Source: the human T2T-CHM13v2.0 reference genome, Homo sapiens. Taken from it: 64,000 nucleotides of DNA. Position numbers and translations under genes: made by a program. The notes below the pieces were generated by a model. It worked only from the letters and a program-made list of their open reading frames with translations. It was not told the DNA's origin and searched no databases. Each line of letters begins with the position of its first letter. Position 1 is the stretch's first letter. The DNA lies in assembly GCF_009914755.1 (NCBI RefSeq), contig NC_060947.1. One strand, 5' to 3'. Of this stretch, positions 39,158 through 52,219 are shown one piece after another.

Positions 39158-39580
39158 GAGACATGTTGATGATTAGGATATGGATTATTATATGCAAATT
39201 AGTGCCAAAGAAATATTTAAAAGAAATTATTTTCTCCCAAGGTGATTTAATCCCATCTGATATGAACACTAATAATTTGCTTAGCTAACAGTTTTTTGTT
39301 TGAAACGCAAAAGGTAAGTTTATTCCACCCTAGGTCTGGGATTATTACAAAACTGAGTTGGCTAGATCCAAATGAATGTGGTTTTCCTGTTTGGTTTTCT
39401 TGTCATGGCTTTTTACTTTCCTTTCCCATAAATCAAAATACAGCACAGAAAGTCTTTTTCTTCATAAGATTTGGTATGCCATGGCTACTGGTTTCAGTTG
39501 GCTCACATTTCCTAAGTAATCCCTTACCTCATTCTGGTTCATGGCTATTTTTAATAAGGCCTTCATGACTTGCTGCTCTC
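38450..39580 (-). pseudogene. EBLL N-terminal relic (approx. L 110-415), likely the same copy as 26582-29350
   Basis: QLKPVAMAYQ ~ QLELHIAYQ; IISFKYFFG..HILI ~ LMTYNHFLA..HLLI; ILDS ~ IIDS; CISPC/SQGM ~ SIFPYSQGL; EQLSPMR ~ EQLHKMR. Confidence 0.8.
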
Positions 39581-39739
39581 CTAAATTAGTTTATTCATTT
39601 GTCTGCAACTTGACTTTAAAAAGGCTCCACTTGAGGAGGCTCAAATCATTATTCATTCCATATCCTCTCTCACTTATGACAAGGCTAGATTTTGTTCCCT
39701 TTCTCTGTTCCCAGATTTATTCATATGAACCCTCTCTGT

Positions 39740-41020
39740 TCCTTAACCTCTTCTTTAAGTGGAACATTTCCTCCTTTCCTTTGCCACCTGAAATATGCTC
39801 TAAACATTCGAACTGATGAATTATATTCTTGTTTGTGTCCTTCCTTCTTCCTCTATTTTCATCTCAGCCATTTCTTGGCCTCTTTGATCTACTGCTACAA
39901 ATAAGACATTGTCTCTGAATGTTTCATTCTGGAAGGTGCAGCTCTATGCTCTTCACAGTAAGCAAGGGAGAGATTCTCCACTCATGCAGTACCTACAATT
40001 GCTCTACGCTTTCCCCATTGCATGAACCAACTCTTTTCTTTCTACAGCATGACTTTCACTTGGTTCACAAATACTGCATGCCTTTTGGTGCTTGGCAGAG
40101 TGCTAGGCATTGAACAGAGAGTGGTGATCGTGGCCTTGCCAGCAAGCACTGATCTTATTTATTTAGTTTATGGACAGTCAACTCTTTCAACCATGCTATG
40201 GATAAAAGCAGTTTCAAAATTATTTTTATCTTTTTGATTGCAGATGTACTCATCCTGATTAATCATACATTAAAAATTACTTTGCATTTCTTGCGGTATA
40301 AAATTCAACAACCCTATAGTGTGCTGGAGAACTGACTGGCTGGTCCATTCAAATGTGTTCATGGAATATCCACAGGGGGCCATACAATGTTTGTCCTATT
40401 TTTCTTGCACACACATTTCTATTGCTTCCTGTATTAGCTATCTTTGTAGGCATCTGGAGGGCAAGGGCCAGGTCTATTTGACGTGAATTGTAGGGAAACT
40501 AGGTCAGAGGCACATCACTCTTTTGTGAATGTGTTATATATTCAACAGATTATTGATTTACTGGATTTAATGGATTTTCTTTTCTCTGTGCTTTCTAAGG
40601 AAAGAAGTAACTGTTAAATGAAACAAAATAAGCACAGGCTATAAATGTTTAGCCCTAACTGTGAGGAGGGTTTAAACATGGGTTGCTTATCTTCTGTGTC
40701 TTCTGTCCTTATTGATTTTCATATTCCACCCTCAGCTCAAGCTATGCATTTGATATTGTTGACTTCTAGACTGCTACTTTGGGGCCTGCCTCCCTTGCTG
40801 CGATGTGGATGGATGACACCCATTTTTTTTCTAGTTAAGCAGAGTAACTGATAAGTTCTGATGTCAAGTTTGTCGATGCTTCACAACCAGGGAAGTTTTT
40901 AACTACATTGTCTGACAGCTGAGTCATCCAGCCTCCAAGCCTTTCTATGATACATTTTTCTTTCTAATTCAGAAACTTTGAAACTATCCCTTCGCCAACT
41001 CAGGGGAATGTGTGGGGCTT
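39740..41020 (+). pseudogene. EBLL relic from the N-terminus, heavily deleted, L2 fragments inside
   Basis: LPPEI ~ LPPEV; SHFLAS ~ NHFLAA; YGQSTLS..WIKAVSK ~ YGHTLLS..FIKGYVSK; AGELTGWS ~ ARELGRWS; weaker matches after 40570. Confidence 0.65.
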
Positions 41021-42250
41021 TATGTTTCATTTTAGTGCCTTCCTTTTTTGTGTGTGATTTGGTGCAGTAAATTATCTGAAAAACGACTACCCCTTTTTAT
41101 AGGAGCTTTACAAATGACCTACTGAGTAAATGGCCTAGTCCATGTCTCTGGGCCGATATAGAAACAGCTTTGGGCTCTCAGTTCACCCAAAATGGTCTGG
41201 GGAGAGAATCTCCTTAGATGAAAATGTATTTTAACTTTTTTAGTACAAGCAGGCTTTCCAAAGGTGGCAGAAAGCATGGAACTTATCTTAAAGTACTGAG
41301 TTGGTTTTAGACGTAATTTTAAAAACAAGATAATTTGATTGTTTAAACACGACAGTTTTTTTTTAAAGTAATACGTCATAGCCAATCAAAATTCCCAAGC
41401 CAGAAAAAAATGTTTTTTTCAATTTAGCCAGTCTGCTTTAAATCTAGGATATCCCAGGGGCTTGGCTAAACTAGCCATGAGATTGCTCCCCAACCCCACT
41501 GTCACCTCCAGCCTTTTAAATCAAAAAGCATAAAAATGTATGGCAGCAAAGAAAGATGCTCTGAGGCAGGGACTAGCCTTGACTCCTAATATGGTCAGAT
41601 TGCAATTAACCAGAGGATCAGCAGCTCTGTTAGGCATTTTAAATTTCTGTTTAACTCAAAAGCCTTATTTTTGTTTGAAGCTTCTTGGAGTTGAGTCTTG
41701 CTTTAAAGTATGAATGCAGAAGTCTGCCTTTGAAAACATGGTGTGGATTACTGAAAAGATGGTGTGAATGACTGAGAACCCTGGAGGTCGTGGGTATCAG
41801 AACCAACCTTGTTGGGGGAAGGACTCTTTAGCAGTGTGATTTGCAATTTTTCTTCTCCAAAATATCCCTCTTTCATCTACTCCCCAGACGCCTGCAGTGG
41901 TGTCTACATTTTCACCTCTGCAACTCATTCCTTTGATTGAAGCATTGTTGCCCACTCCAGAAAGGTTCTCCTAAAATACACAGAACCTAAAAGGAGCAAT
42001 AAATGAAATCGATAAGACCGTACAGCAAAGAAGTCAATCAGATTGTCTCCTTTCTAGATACAGGAAGGAAACGGGCAGTGACTGTAGCTCATTGGGCTTT
42101 GGGGTATCTGGGAGAAGTCCTTAAAAGGAAGACTGGAACACAGGAAAGGAAAGAACACAATAAAACTAATTTCATAATATTTTTAAGAATAAGCCTGTTA
42201 TGTCCATGGATCATTAGCTTAAACCGTAGAGAGAAGACTGTGATGTCAGC

Positions 42251-42251
<1 letters not shown>

Positions 42252-42283
<32 letters not shown>
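42252..42283 (+). repeat. (TG)n microsatellite
   Basis: Visible run. Confidence 0.95.
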
Positions 42284-42284
<1 letters not shown>

Positions 42285-43324
42285 ATGTGCACATGTGTGC
42301 ACTGGGCAGGGGGGCGGTGGGGGGTGGGCACTTTTTTCAAAGTGCAATATAACAAAAAATATTATTCTTTGAGGCGCTGTTTGTGGGATTCTAGATAGTT
42401 TAGATTTTACCACAAATCTGTAAGAGAAAGTAAGGAATTTGAAGATTGTGTCATATAAATAAAACAGGATACACTCACCATCACCCTCCCCTACCAAGCA
42501 AATCCAAATAAAGCCTAGGGTTGGGGGAAGAATGATAAATCCTCAGTCCCCACCCCCAATATAGTTGTGATAGATGTCTGATAATTTCAACCGGAGTGTA
42601 GGGAGAATGGTGTTCTGTCTCTTTACCTCTCTCTTAAGAACAGAATTAGGGGATGTAAATTGCAAAAAACCTGAGTTAAGAGTTCTTTCTGGCCTTACAT
42701 GGTGGTGAAAATTAAAAAGGGTCAAAGACAATCTCACGATTAGTGAGAAAGTACACCCTTCCCACCCCCTGCCATCTACCAATCCCATTTACAAAGACGC
42801 CCCATGTCTTTCAAAACAGAGCCCGCAAATTACCATGAAAATCTGCCCCAACAGACTGTGCTCAAGTAGAAGTCAGAGCTTTTGTTAGCAGGGGTTTGTG
42901 GGGGATGGCACCATAGCGAACACAGTTAAGCCTCACTAATTCCCTGAATGAGGGAAAGGCCAATCTTGATTTGTAAGAAGCTTGAATTTGAAAATATGTT
43001 TAAAGAAATGCCATGTTATTATTTCTAAAAACCTGCAGTCAAACTGCTGGCTGGGGTCTGTGCTCTGAGCTGCCTAGACTCTCAAGGCCTCAAACAAACA
43101 GATAAGGACTATAATTAGCATATTGGTAATTTGAATGCAAAGTGCACTTAGAGTGGCGCTTTAAAAACGTGTGTTAGCGTACTCTCCTAGCAGGCTGTCA
43201 CTTTTCTATGTTTATAGTATTAATTTGCCTAGCAACTTGCCCCCTTTCCTTTTTGGCAGTAAACTTTAGCCTCACATGTCAGAATTCATTAAATTTTCCA
43301 TATTAGCAGCTGGAATGAACAAGT

Positions 43325-43326
<2 letters not shown>

Positions 43327-43359
<33 letters not shown>
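43327..43359 (+). repeat. (TG)n microsatellite
   Basis: Visible run. Confidence 0.95.
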
Positions 43360-43360
<1 letters not shown>

Positions 43361-44184
43361 CAGGGTTTGCTGTGGGAGAGAGGTGGTGAACCACTTTTTA
43401 AAATAATTATGAACATATTGTAAACTTCTATTCTGCTGACCTTTAAAATTCATCAGTTAATTGATATTTATTTATTGAGTAGGGAATGTATTCTCTTGGA
43501 TGATTAAAAAGGGTAGGAGGGGCAAGCTGTTTCAAATGTCCTTCCCCTACAAGTGGTCGTATCAAGTGAACATGAGAGAACATTGACTGTAAGAAGTTCT
43601 TGCATTATTACAAAAAAAAAAAAAAGGATTGATTATGAAGTGCAACAGGTGCTTAATTATATGAAACAACAGCACACTGAGATCTGCATCTATCAAACAC
43701 ATCTTCCATGGTCAGCCAATCCTGTGTGCACATATTAACTTTGTTTGTAAATTCACACTTGAGACCACTTAATTTGAAGTGTGACTGAGTTCTGTTTGGG
43801 AGGGGAAAACAGAAGAGAAGATTAATACAGCTTCAGTTTTACCCAAATATTCAATATCTTCATCATTTTGCTGTGGACGTGGAAGAAAAAGGGGATGTTC
43901 ATTACCAGAACGAACCATCTGGTAATCAGGACAGGGACTGCAAAAAAAAAAAAACAAAAAAAAAAAACAGAAGACAAAAAGCAAACAAACAAAAAAACCT
44001 GGGTAAAGCCTCCAAGAAGATCAAATTTAATGCCTTCTCCTTGAGAAATTCCCCCCACCCCACCCCATTCCACTTCCTGGCCTTCTTCAGACACTCAGAG
44101 ACATCAGACACTGAGGGAGATCAGGAGAGAATAACCACAAGCCTGTGGAAGAAAAATAGTCCTTAAGTAATGAAATCCCTAATA

Positions 44185-44370
44185 CAGTGGTTCCCAAATT
44201 TTGCTGCACATCGGAATCTGAGATTAGAACCTGAGGAGATTTTTTAAAAATCCTAGTGTCCAGATTCATGCTATCCAATTAAGTTAGAATGTCTAGGGGT
44301 AGGGGCCAAGCACTAGCATTTTATAAAAATCACCAGGTGGTTCCTTGTGCAGCCAAATCGAGAACCACTA
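44185..44370. mobile_element. MER5-type hAT-Charlie element
   Basis: TIRs cagtggttccc / gagaaccacta; 8-bp TSD ccctaat(a/g) at 44177-44184 and 44371-44378. Confidence 0.88.
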
Positions 44371-44379
44371 CCCTAATGC

Positions 44380-44590
44380 TTTCCCACTTTACATGCATTT
44401 AATTTATATTTAACCTTCCCAATTACCCTAAGAAGAAGGTGCTGTTGGATCCCTCATTTCACAGATGAGGAAACTGAGGTTCAGAGGGACTAAATACGTT
44501 GTCCAAGGTTATCAAACTATAAAATAGTGAACCTGGGATTTGAAGGCCAGCGGTTTAATTACAGAGACTGCATGCTGGACGTCTATGTAA
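44380..44590 (-). mobile_element. MIR
   Basis: catttcacagatgaggaaactgaggttcagag..ctgggatttgaa. Confidence 0.88.
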
Positions 44591-45129
44591 TAATGTCCCT
44601 CCTGGCTTTTGTCCTTGTATCCAGTACCATTACACTAAATTTGATATAGAACAATCCCACATCAATGTGGTGAGAGTTTATTAGACATCTGTTATGTATA
44701 TCATACCCATTTTAGTCACACTGTGAGCCTCTAGGTAGATTCTAGGAAATATGGCTAACTTCTGATCATTCAAGGGGTTTTCTAGGTAACCCTGGCTTGG
44801 TTACCATTTGTTATGGTAAAGCTTAATTAGCCAAAGACTGTCAGAGACAAGACTATAGTCCCACAAACTCAAATTTATTGTGTGGTTTAAGAACTGAGTA
44901 TCTCCAGTAATAAATACAAGTAGCAAAGCAGGTTTAAGGCATCACTGGTAAGAAAGGAGTAGTCACTCAAAGTAGGCGGTGTAGTTATGGCCTTTTACAA
45001 CTGCCGTGTGACCTTGGGAGAAAGTGTTTTCTATTAACTTTGCAGCTGGCTTTATCTGTCCATTCTCCCAGCCTGATTAATGGCAGGGCTGCTTTTTCTT
45101 AGCTCAAACTGACTTTCACTCTTTCAGTT

Positions 45130-45730
45130 CTGGGGAAGTTTTGACTTTTTCAGGTTTTGGTCCTTTTCAGAAAGGGATGAGCCCGAGAAAAATATTGACA
45201 TTCAGATTAACTATTAATAATGTTGCTTCTCTTCAGCCAAGTTGGTAAAATAGTTAATGGAAAAATGTATGTAAAAACCAGGCAAGTCTGAATAAAGTCA
45301 GTATTTGAGTTAGTAGTCATATACTAATGTCAGTTTCCAGGGATTTGTCAATGTACTGCGGCTGTGCAAAATAAAATCAATATAATATATCAAAATATTG
45401 GGGGAACTCGGTGAAAGATAATGGGAACTCTCTGTACTATTTTTGTAACTTTGTGTAAGTCTTAAACTACTTCAAAATAAGAAAGCTATAAAAGATGTTT
45501 AATGGGAGAACAGGTTTGTGTTGATTATCTAAATAAGACTTTTCTAAATTAGTCTGACTTTAGGCTTTTCCATGAATAACCCAAAATTGGTTGTACCAGT
45601 GTTCTCTTTTATGCTTCTAGATTTGAATATTGGGTACTGTAGTGATATCAGTGGATTAGTCAACATCCATATCCACCAGGTACAGATCCCTTTGGGATTA
45701 GAAATATAAGACCAGTTTGTTCATCAACAA
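45130..45730 (-). pseudogene. Candidate endogenous bornavirus-like M (EBLM), interrupted by an L1M fragment (~45255-45490)
   Basis: LIP..LYLVDMD..NI../SIKE ~ IVP..LMLEID..NIPFLSVKE; IINS, VNIF..GPKPEKVKTS ~ AINA, FNVF..GPLGPDIRSS. Confidence 0.5.
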
Positions 45731-46214
45731 GATGCCATTTGAGTAGAGTCTGGAAATATGTGTTCAATATCATTGGGTAGGGAAAGGAGGGAGAAAGTTG
45801 TGGTAGGCAGAGGGAAGATCAGGAGGAAAGGCACAGAGATATGAAAGTCAAGGCACATCAAGGAAACAGAGGAAGTTTGATACGGCTGACCCTCGGGGTA
45901 TAAGGAAGGAGTGGTGGGAAAAAACCCTGGAAAGATGAGTTACAGCTGGAGTGTGACAATCTGGATGTGATTCTCCTCTCTGTGAAATTAAAGAATTTAG
46001 ACTTCTTTTGTAGTACTTACTACATCTGTCTTGTGTCATAGTTTCCTGGGTGTATATTTTCTCTTCCCAACTAGATTCCAAGTTTCTTGAGGAGATGCCC
46101 CAAGTTTGACTCACCTATGTAGCGTCCGTAGCACCTAGATGTGTGTTTTGCACTTAGTAGGAACTGAATAAGTCTGTCCTAGGAATTTCTAATGTACCAC
46201 AAAGACGCCACTGA

Positions 46215-46800
46215 TATTCCCTCTCAAGAACATCTGGAGCCCCACGAGAATATAGAGTGAGGTGTTTACCTCCAGGGAAATGAAAGTCGCAAGCAGAAAA
46301 GCCCACAACCAATCTCCCTCAATCTCTCTTCATGTAGGGCTTTGGGGACTGGGTTTGGCCATGCCCTACCATCTTTGACACATAGCCCTCTTTTCCCCGG
46401 ACCATGCCCATGATGAAGCCCCTTGAAGAGAGGTAATGTGCTTTGCCTTAGTCAATTTGGCATTCCACTCACACCTCCCTCTATTTAGCTTTACTGGAGG
46501 GTTGCAGAGGTTCCTCACTCCTTCACCACCTGTTCCTCATGTCTCTGGATTATAGTGGATACATGAGTTCAAGAGGGACCTGGAGAGGGTAGGTATGGAA
46601 CTCTTCAAGATTGTTTCCAGGATTTGCCTGACATAAATTGTCTGAGAGGATCTCCACCATTTGCCTTTTGGTGATTTATTTTCTCTTCGCCTCCTGAGAG
46701 AAATGTTCTATTGCTCACCATTTCAGATGGTTGGGTGTGGGGATGGGGGCACTTCTGTTCCTGACAACCTCATTATGTGGTTATCAGGAGCAGACACTGC
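46215..46800 (+). pseudogene. EBLL relic, RdRp pre-A to C region
   Basis: IP..LEP; REMKVASR..QS..I..MPY ~ KELKVKGR..QT..I..MPY; FLMSLDYS ~ FVINLDYS; FKRDL ~ FRPEL; SPPF ~ NPPY; LREM ~ LREI. Confidence 0.75.
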
Positions 46801-47079
46801 CCAGGTTGTCACGACAACCAGCAATGATTCAAAGCTTCCCTGAAAGGTCTGTATCTCCGGCAAATAATCAGCCTTTAGCTCTCAGCAGATGCTGAACTGA
46901 GCAGCCAATCACAGGTGAGCTGGAAAAACATGACATCATAGTCCAGCCGGTCCAAAAAAAATAAAAATAAATAAGATTTGGTTTTCTCTTTACTTCCTTC
47001 ATTCTTTATCCCCTAGATTTTGTTTTCTACTTTCTCCTTCTCTTTTTCCTTCTTAGTAAAATGGGGAGAGCAATGAAAC

Positions 47080-47500
47080 CAACTTTCCAAATTCAATTCA
47101 CTCTGCAGGTTGGACTTAGGTTCCAGTAGTGCAGTGATTGAGATCATGTAAGGAAGGAATATATAATATGATCCACTTGGGAGAAAAATCAAACAGAGCA
47201 TCAGCTCAATTAAACAATGTGGTTTGATATGTAGGACCATGGTGGAAGCAGGGCTAATTAAAACCAAGTCAGAGGAGAGGAACTTTCTAATTCTCATATT
47301 AATTCACCCAGAGCCACCTGGATTTAATTGTCTTCTGCTTTTCCTTCACTAACTCCCTGGTGGAAGGGAACAGGGCAAAAGCTGGGGGCTTCAGAAAGCT
47401 CGTAGGTTCTACAGGGCAGGTCTCTAATGGGGGATAATTGTAGTGAAAGAAGGTCAGGAGAAATCCTTCATTCCCAAGCTGCCACCATTTAGGGAGCATA
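47080..47500 (-). pseudogene. EBLL relic (approx. L 700-800)
   Basis: PTSFLK..STREL ~ PGCLK..STGEL; SP..CLIEL ~ SP..YLIEL. Confidence 0.55.
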
Positions 47501-48384
47501 TGTAAATGCGACTCATCAAGTCTATTAAGGAGATGTATAGCTCAGAAATCTGTTAAATCTGCTTTTGTTCCATTAGCTGTTTGTATCCATACAACAATCC
47601 AAGGAGAGAGGCAAGGCGAGTTCGACAAAGGAGAAAACTAGTGCCCAGCGAAATTTGAGTCTTGTTCAGGATTTCCTCTCCAGAGGCTGGAATAGAACCT
47701 GGGTTTCCTGATTTCCAGGAAAGAACTCGAAGACCCAAGAGAATGGTAACTTCCCAGCCATGGGCTTTCCTCTTTCCCTCACCTCTGATTTTTCAGAGAC
47801 CTAGGACAAGACCTCTTGGCATCTCTGATGCTCCTTGCTCTTTGCCCAGCAGGTAACCCACAATGCTGCCTGCCACAGAAGAGCTTGAGACCCCTATGAT
47901 GGGCATGGGGAGGCAGGAAGGAAGGGGCTCCATTGCACCAGACTGCAGTAATGGCAACGGGTTGTAGTGAGCGGCCCTGAGTGAAGGAGGAGTAGGCACT
48001 GTGCTCCTAGCCAATGCTGTGCACCAGCTGCCAAACCCCAGGTTCTTTTGTATTCAAAGAGTGGGGACACTTTTTTTTTAGTGCAGCTGCTGTAGCAAAA
48101 GATGTGAAGACTGAGATCCAAACAGACCCAGAGTCCACTACTGGGAACAACTTCTGGCTGTGGGACTTGAGGCAGGGGTGGGAAGGGAGCAAGGAAATCT
48201 GGGTTGCTTTTGCCCAGTGGGTTATTCATTACTGCCTTGCATTCAGTGCCTGCCCAGGTATGGCTCAGCTCAGTCTGGCACACCATAGCCTTGATTGCTA
48301 CACCTGAATCATTGACCTGGCATTCAGACCTCTTTCAGGATAGCAGGGGTAGTTTGCTTGCTTTTGTCTTAACCAAAATAAGAC

Positions 48385-49175
48385 TGTATTTCCTATTTCC
48401 CCTTTTAATGATGTTTCTTACAAGTAAAATATAGCATATGCTTATTGTAAAAACATACAAACAAGACAGTAGTATATAAAGAAAAGGGTTAATGTCCCCC
48501 ATCATATACACATACCCACATGTCTTTCCTACCCTCTTTTATTCCCAGAGTGTCCCCTTTAGCAGTTAAAACACACACATACACCCAATTTTTTAAACAA
48601 AAATAAAATCATAATACACGTGCTGTTCTGCATTTTTTCACTCAAGAATGGGTCAAGGAGTATTACTATTTCAGTACAGAGGGGTCTATATACTTGGTTT
48701 TTTAAGCTGATGCATAGTAGTCCAAAATATGTATCTACCATAATTTATTTAATGATTCACTTACTTGGGCAGGAGAAAACTTTGGGAGGTGATAGATATG
48801 TCCATGCCTTGGATGGTGGTGATAGTTTCACAGGTGTATACTTATTCCCAAACTCATAGAGTTGTATACATTAAATATGTACAACTTTTTACATGGCAAT
48901 CATATTTGACAAAGTGGCTAAAAAAACAACAGTTCCCTTACTGAGGGACATTTAGGCTACCTTTCATGTAATATTTTTCATTCTTATATAATATTCAGCA
49001 TAACATATTTCAACATTTCTTGACATGTTTTTATGAATATATTCATAATCAGATTCCTTGAGTTGGAATTGCTGGGTCAAGTGGCACATGCATTTTAACA
49101 TTTCCTAAGTACTACCCACTTGTGCTCCCAAAAGGTTGTGCCATTTACACTCCCGTCAATTGTATATGAGAGTGA
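48385..49175 (-). mobile_element. L1ME-type 3' end with embedded plus-strand L1M fragment (~48770-48925)
   Basis: ggaattgctgggtcaa..gtgccatttacactccc; ggaggtgatagatatgtccat..gttgtatacattaaatatgtaca. Confidence 0.75.
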
Positions 49176-49339
49176 GCAATGTTCCTTTTATCCAGGATTT
49201 GACTGAAACAGTTTGAAGATATTCATTTCAGTTTACTTCTGTTATTAAAAGCCCCATCCCAGCGCTTCTCACTTCTCATGTGAATCAAGGGGCTAGTTGG
49301 GTTGGTAAAGACCCAGAGAAGATATACAACTCAAGTGGC

Positions 49340-49560
49340 CATATAGGGTGGCAGAACAAACATAGAACTGAGAATTGGAGACCTGGTTTCCAGGACCATC
49401 TCTGTGAAGCACTGGACAGGTAACTTCAAACCCCTGAGTCTCCATTCTCTCATCTATGAAATGCAGATCATAATAATTGCCATAGTAAACTGTTGTGGTT
49501 GTTGTGAGGATCAGATGGGGAGATACAAAAGTGGTTTGTAACCTGAGAAGTAGGATACAC
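49340..49560 (+). mobile_element. MIR (another at ~47560-47730, minus)
   Basis: ggacaggtaacttcaaacccctgagtctccattctctcatctatgaaatg..gttgtgaggatcagatg. Confidence 0.8.
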
Positions 49561-50711
49561 ATGCCAAGTGGTTATGATGGTAGTGTTGTAATACCCTTAA
49601 ATCAAAGAGCTCCCAAGCAAGAGAACAGTGAGTTGGGTGGTAAAAATGGTGAGTTGAGGGGAAAAATTACACAGATGAAATCTTTAAGATATTTCAGATT
49701 GGAATCCCTTCCTGAGATCTCCCATGCAGTTGCCCTATATTCTTGGAGAACAAACCATGTTGACAGTAAAGACTGCTTTCTCGTATCAAGAATAACATAG
49801 GTTATCACCCTTTCATAGGAAGACCCTAGGCTTGGGTCTTAAGTCCAGTCCTCTTTCTATGACATCACTATGCTTTGTCAGTCACCTAATAGGATTTTGT
49901 CCACATGCTACTTTCTACAATCACTAGGGAGAAAAGAAATACACCCATGAAATGTTTAAATAACCATGTGTGGTGACTGCATAAATAGCTCTGAGTTATA
50001 GCTGAGGTATATGGGAGGATTAGAGTGAAATCAAATACCTTCTCATTACAAGTTAAATCAATAGCCTAGAAGACCCAAGTTAAATCATTAGCCAGGAAAA
50101 TCCAGTTATATTTTTCTATTTCTTAAAAAAGGTTCTTGTTTAACCCAAATAAATGCATTTTACAAATCAGAGATGTTAACATTGAATAAATTACATTCAT
50201 TTTGATTTGTGATTTTTTTAGATTATTTTTACCATGGTGTAGAAAAAAACCAGTGGGATGTGGTTGCTTTTTTTTTTTAACTCCAAAGTTAGTTAAAAAG
50301 ATATCTGTAAAATCACTGGAGTCAGAACCATCCTGATTCCAACTTATTAATGAAGGATTTGAGAAAGAGTGTTGTATATTTTTGCATTAAAGACAACCAC
50401 GACACCAAAAAAGCTATTTTTAAAAATGCCTGATTTTTTAAAAATGCCAATCTTATATAGTCTGTTTCTTTTAAAGCAAGTATGTATTTTAACAAAACCA
50501 GTAATACCACATTTAATTCTTAGCAGTAGTAAACTGTATCATATTAGAAAAAGCATGGACTTTGGACTCATTTCGATACAAATCCCAGCTCTACCACTTT
50601 CTACAATGTTAATGTAATACTCATATATGCATTAATATATATATTTTGAATTTAGGAAAATAAAATGCAAACTGACCCTTAAAAATGGTCTGGATTACAT
50701 CGTTTACTTAG

Positions 50712-51203
<492 letters not shown>

Positions 51204-51819
51204 TAAAAGGACCTGGGCAGATATATTAGTTCACTCTTGTTCTTGAAACCTATTTTGTTGGCATTATGGAGAAATTATTGCTGGATGTTACACAGTGTGG
51301 AGAAAATTGAATAAAAGTTCACTGGGAAGGGTCATGATCTATTTTGGCCATTTAAGTATGTGAGGATATATTTATCTTTATGAAAATAAATTTGAAAGTA
51401 GAAAGAAAAAGTTACTCATAATACTACTAGTTTAACCCAACGGTTACAATTTTATGTCCTCTTCTGATCGTTTTCTGTAGGCATATTTTACATCATTATA
51501 ATTTGAATGTCCTTATTGTTTTGTATTATTTGACTTTTTATGGCAGCTTACTGTCGCCTTGCTGGGATTCACCATAATTTACATAATCTAGCCAAATCAT
51601 GGGGAGTATGGATTTTGGAGTAGCAAGAGATTATTTTTGGAGTTAGATTTTATAAAGCTTTGGCCATCTGCAAAAATTTGAACCGTATCCTAAAGACAAG
51701 AGAAAGCTTTGAAGGTTTAAGGGAAAGGATGGACAGAGAGAATCGCATTTAAGCTCCATTTGAAGTAGAGTTATTTTTATTTTTTGTATAATTCCTTGCT
51801 TTTTGGAATGTGTGTGCTT

Positions 51820-52060
51820 CATATGCAGAAAAGTAGTTTCCCGATCTAGACTGCCATCTCTTTGAATTCCACTGCCACATCTGTCTCTCTTAGTTTTCTG
51901 TGTATTTTAGAGATTCCGTCAGTTTAACCTGCCTGGCTGACAGGTGGTGTCCCAAATCGAAACCGTTTTTTCCCCCGAATAAAGTGTGCCCGTGTAGCTG
52001 TACAGATTTCGTCCCCTGAAAATTCATCTGAAATCTCAATTCTCCTGAGGGGAGCAATTA
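51820..52060 (+). pseudogene. EBLN relic in the proximal promoter
   Basis: SVSLSFLCILEIPSV ~ TPSLVFLCLLIPGL; LTGGVP ~ VHGGVP; SEIS ~ LEIS. Confidence 0.7.
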
Positions 52061-52219
52061 AGGAAGATACATGAACTCTCCCCTCCTCTCCATCCTGTCA
52101 GGTGCCCCTCTTTTTTGATGGCCCCACCTCTGTCTAGACAACCCTGACAGTGTAGAAGTTTCCATCTCCTTTCCCTTTCCCTCTCCATGTTCCCTCCCCT
52201 TCAGTTTTTTCCCCCTCCC

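Larger units (their letters stand above)
41550..45090 (-). pseudogene. EBLL relic, patchy from N-terminus to capping domain
   Basis: Best part 41550-42930: RPERTL ~ RPERQI; DFIYC ~ DAIIYC; GEPFW/VGNNASIK ~ GDQPLYLGSNTAVK; ILEK; GSDTHDL ~ GTLTHRL; FSKADFCIH ~ FSKSSDDYTIH. Weaker at 43650-43930 and 44650-45090. Confidence 0.7.
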
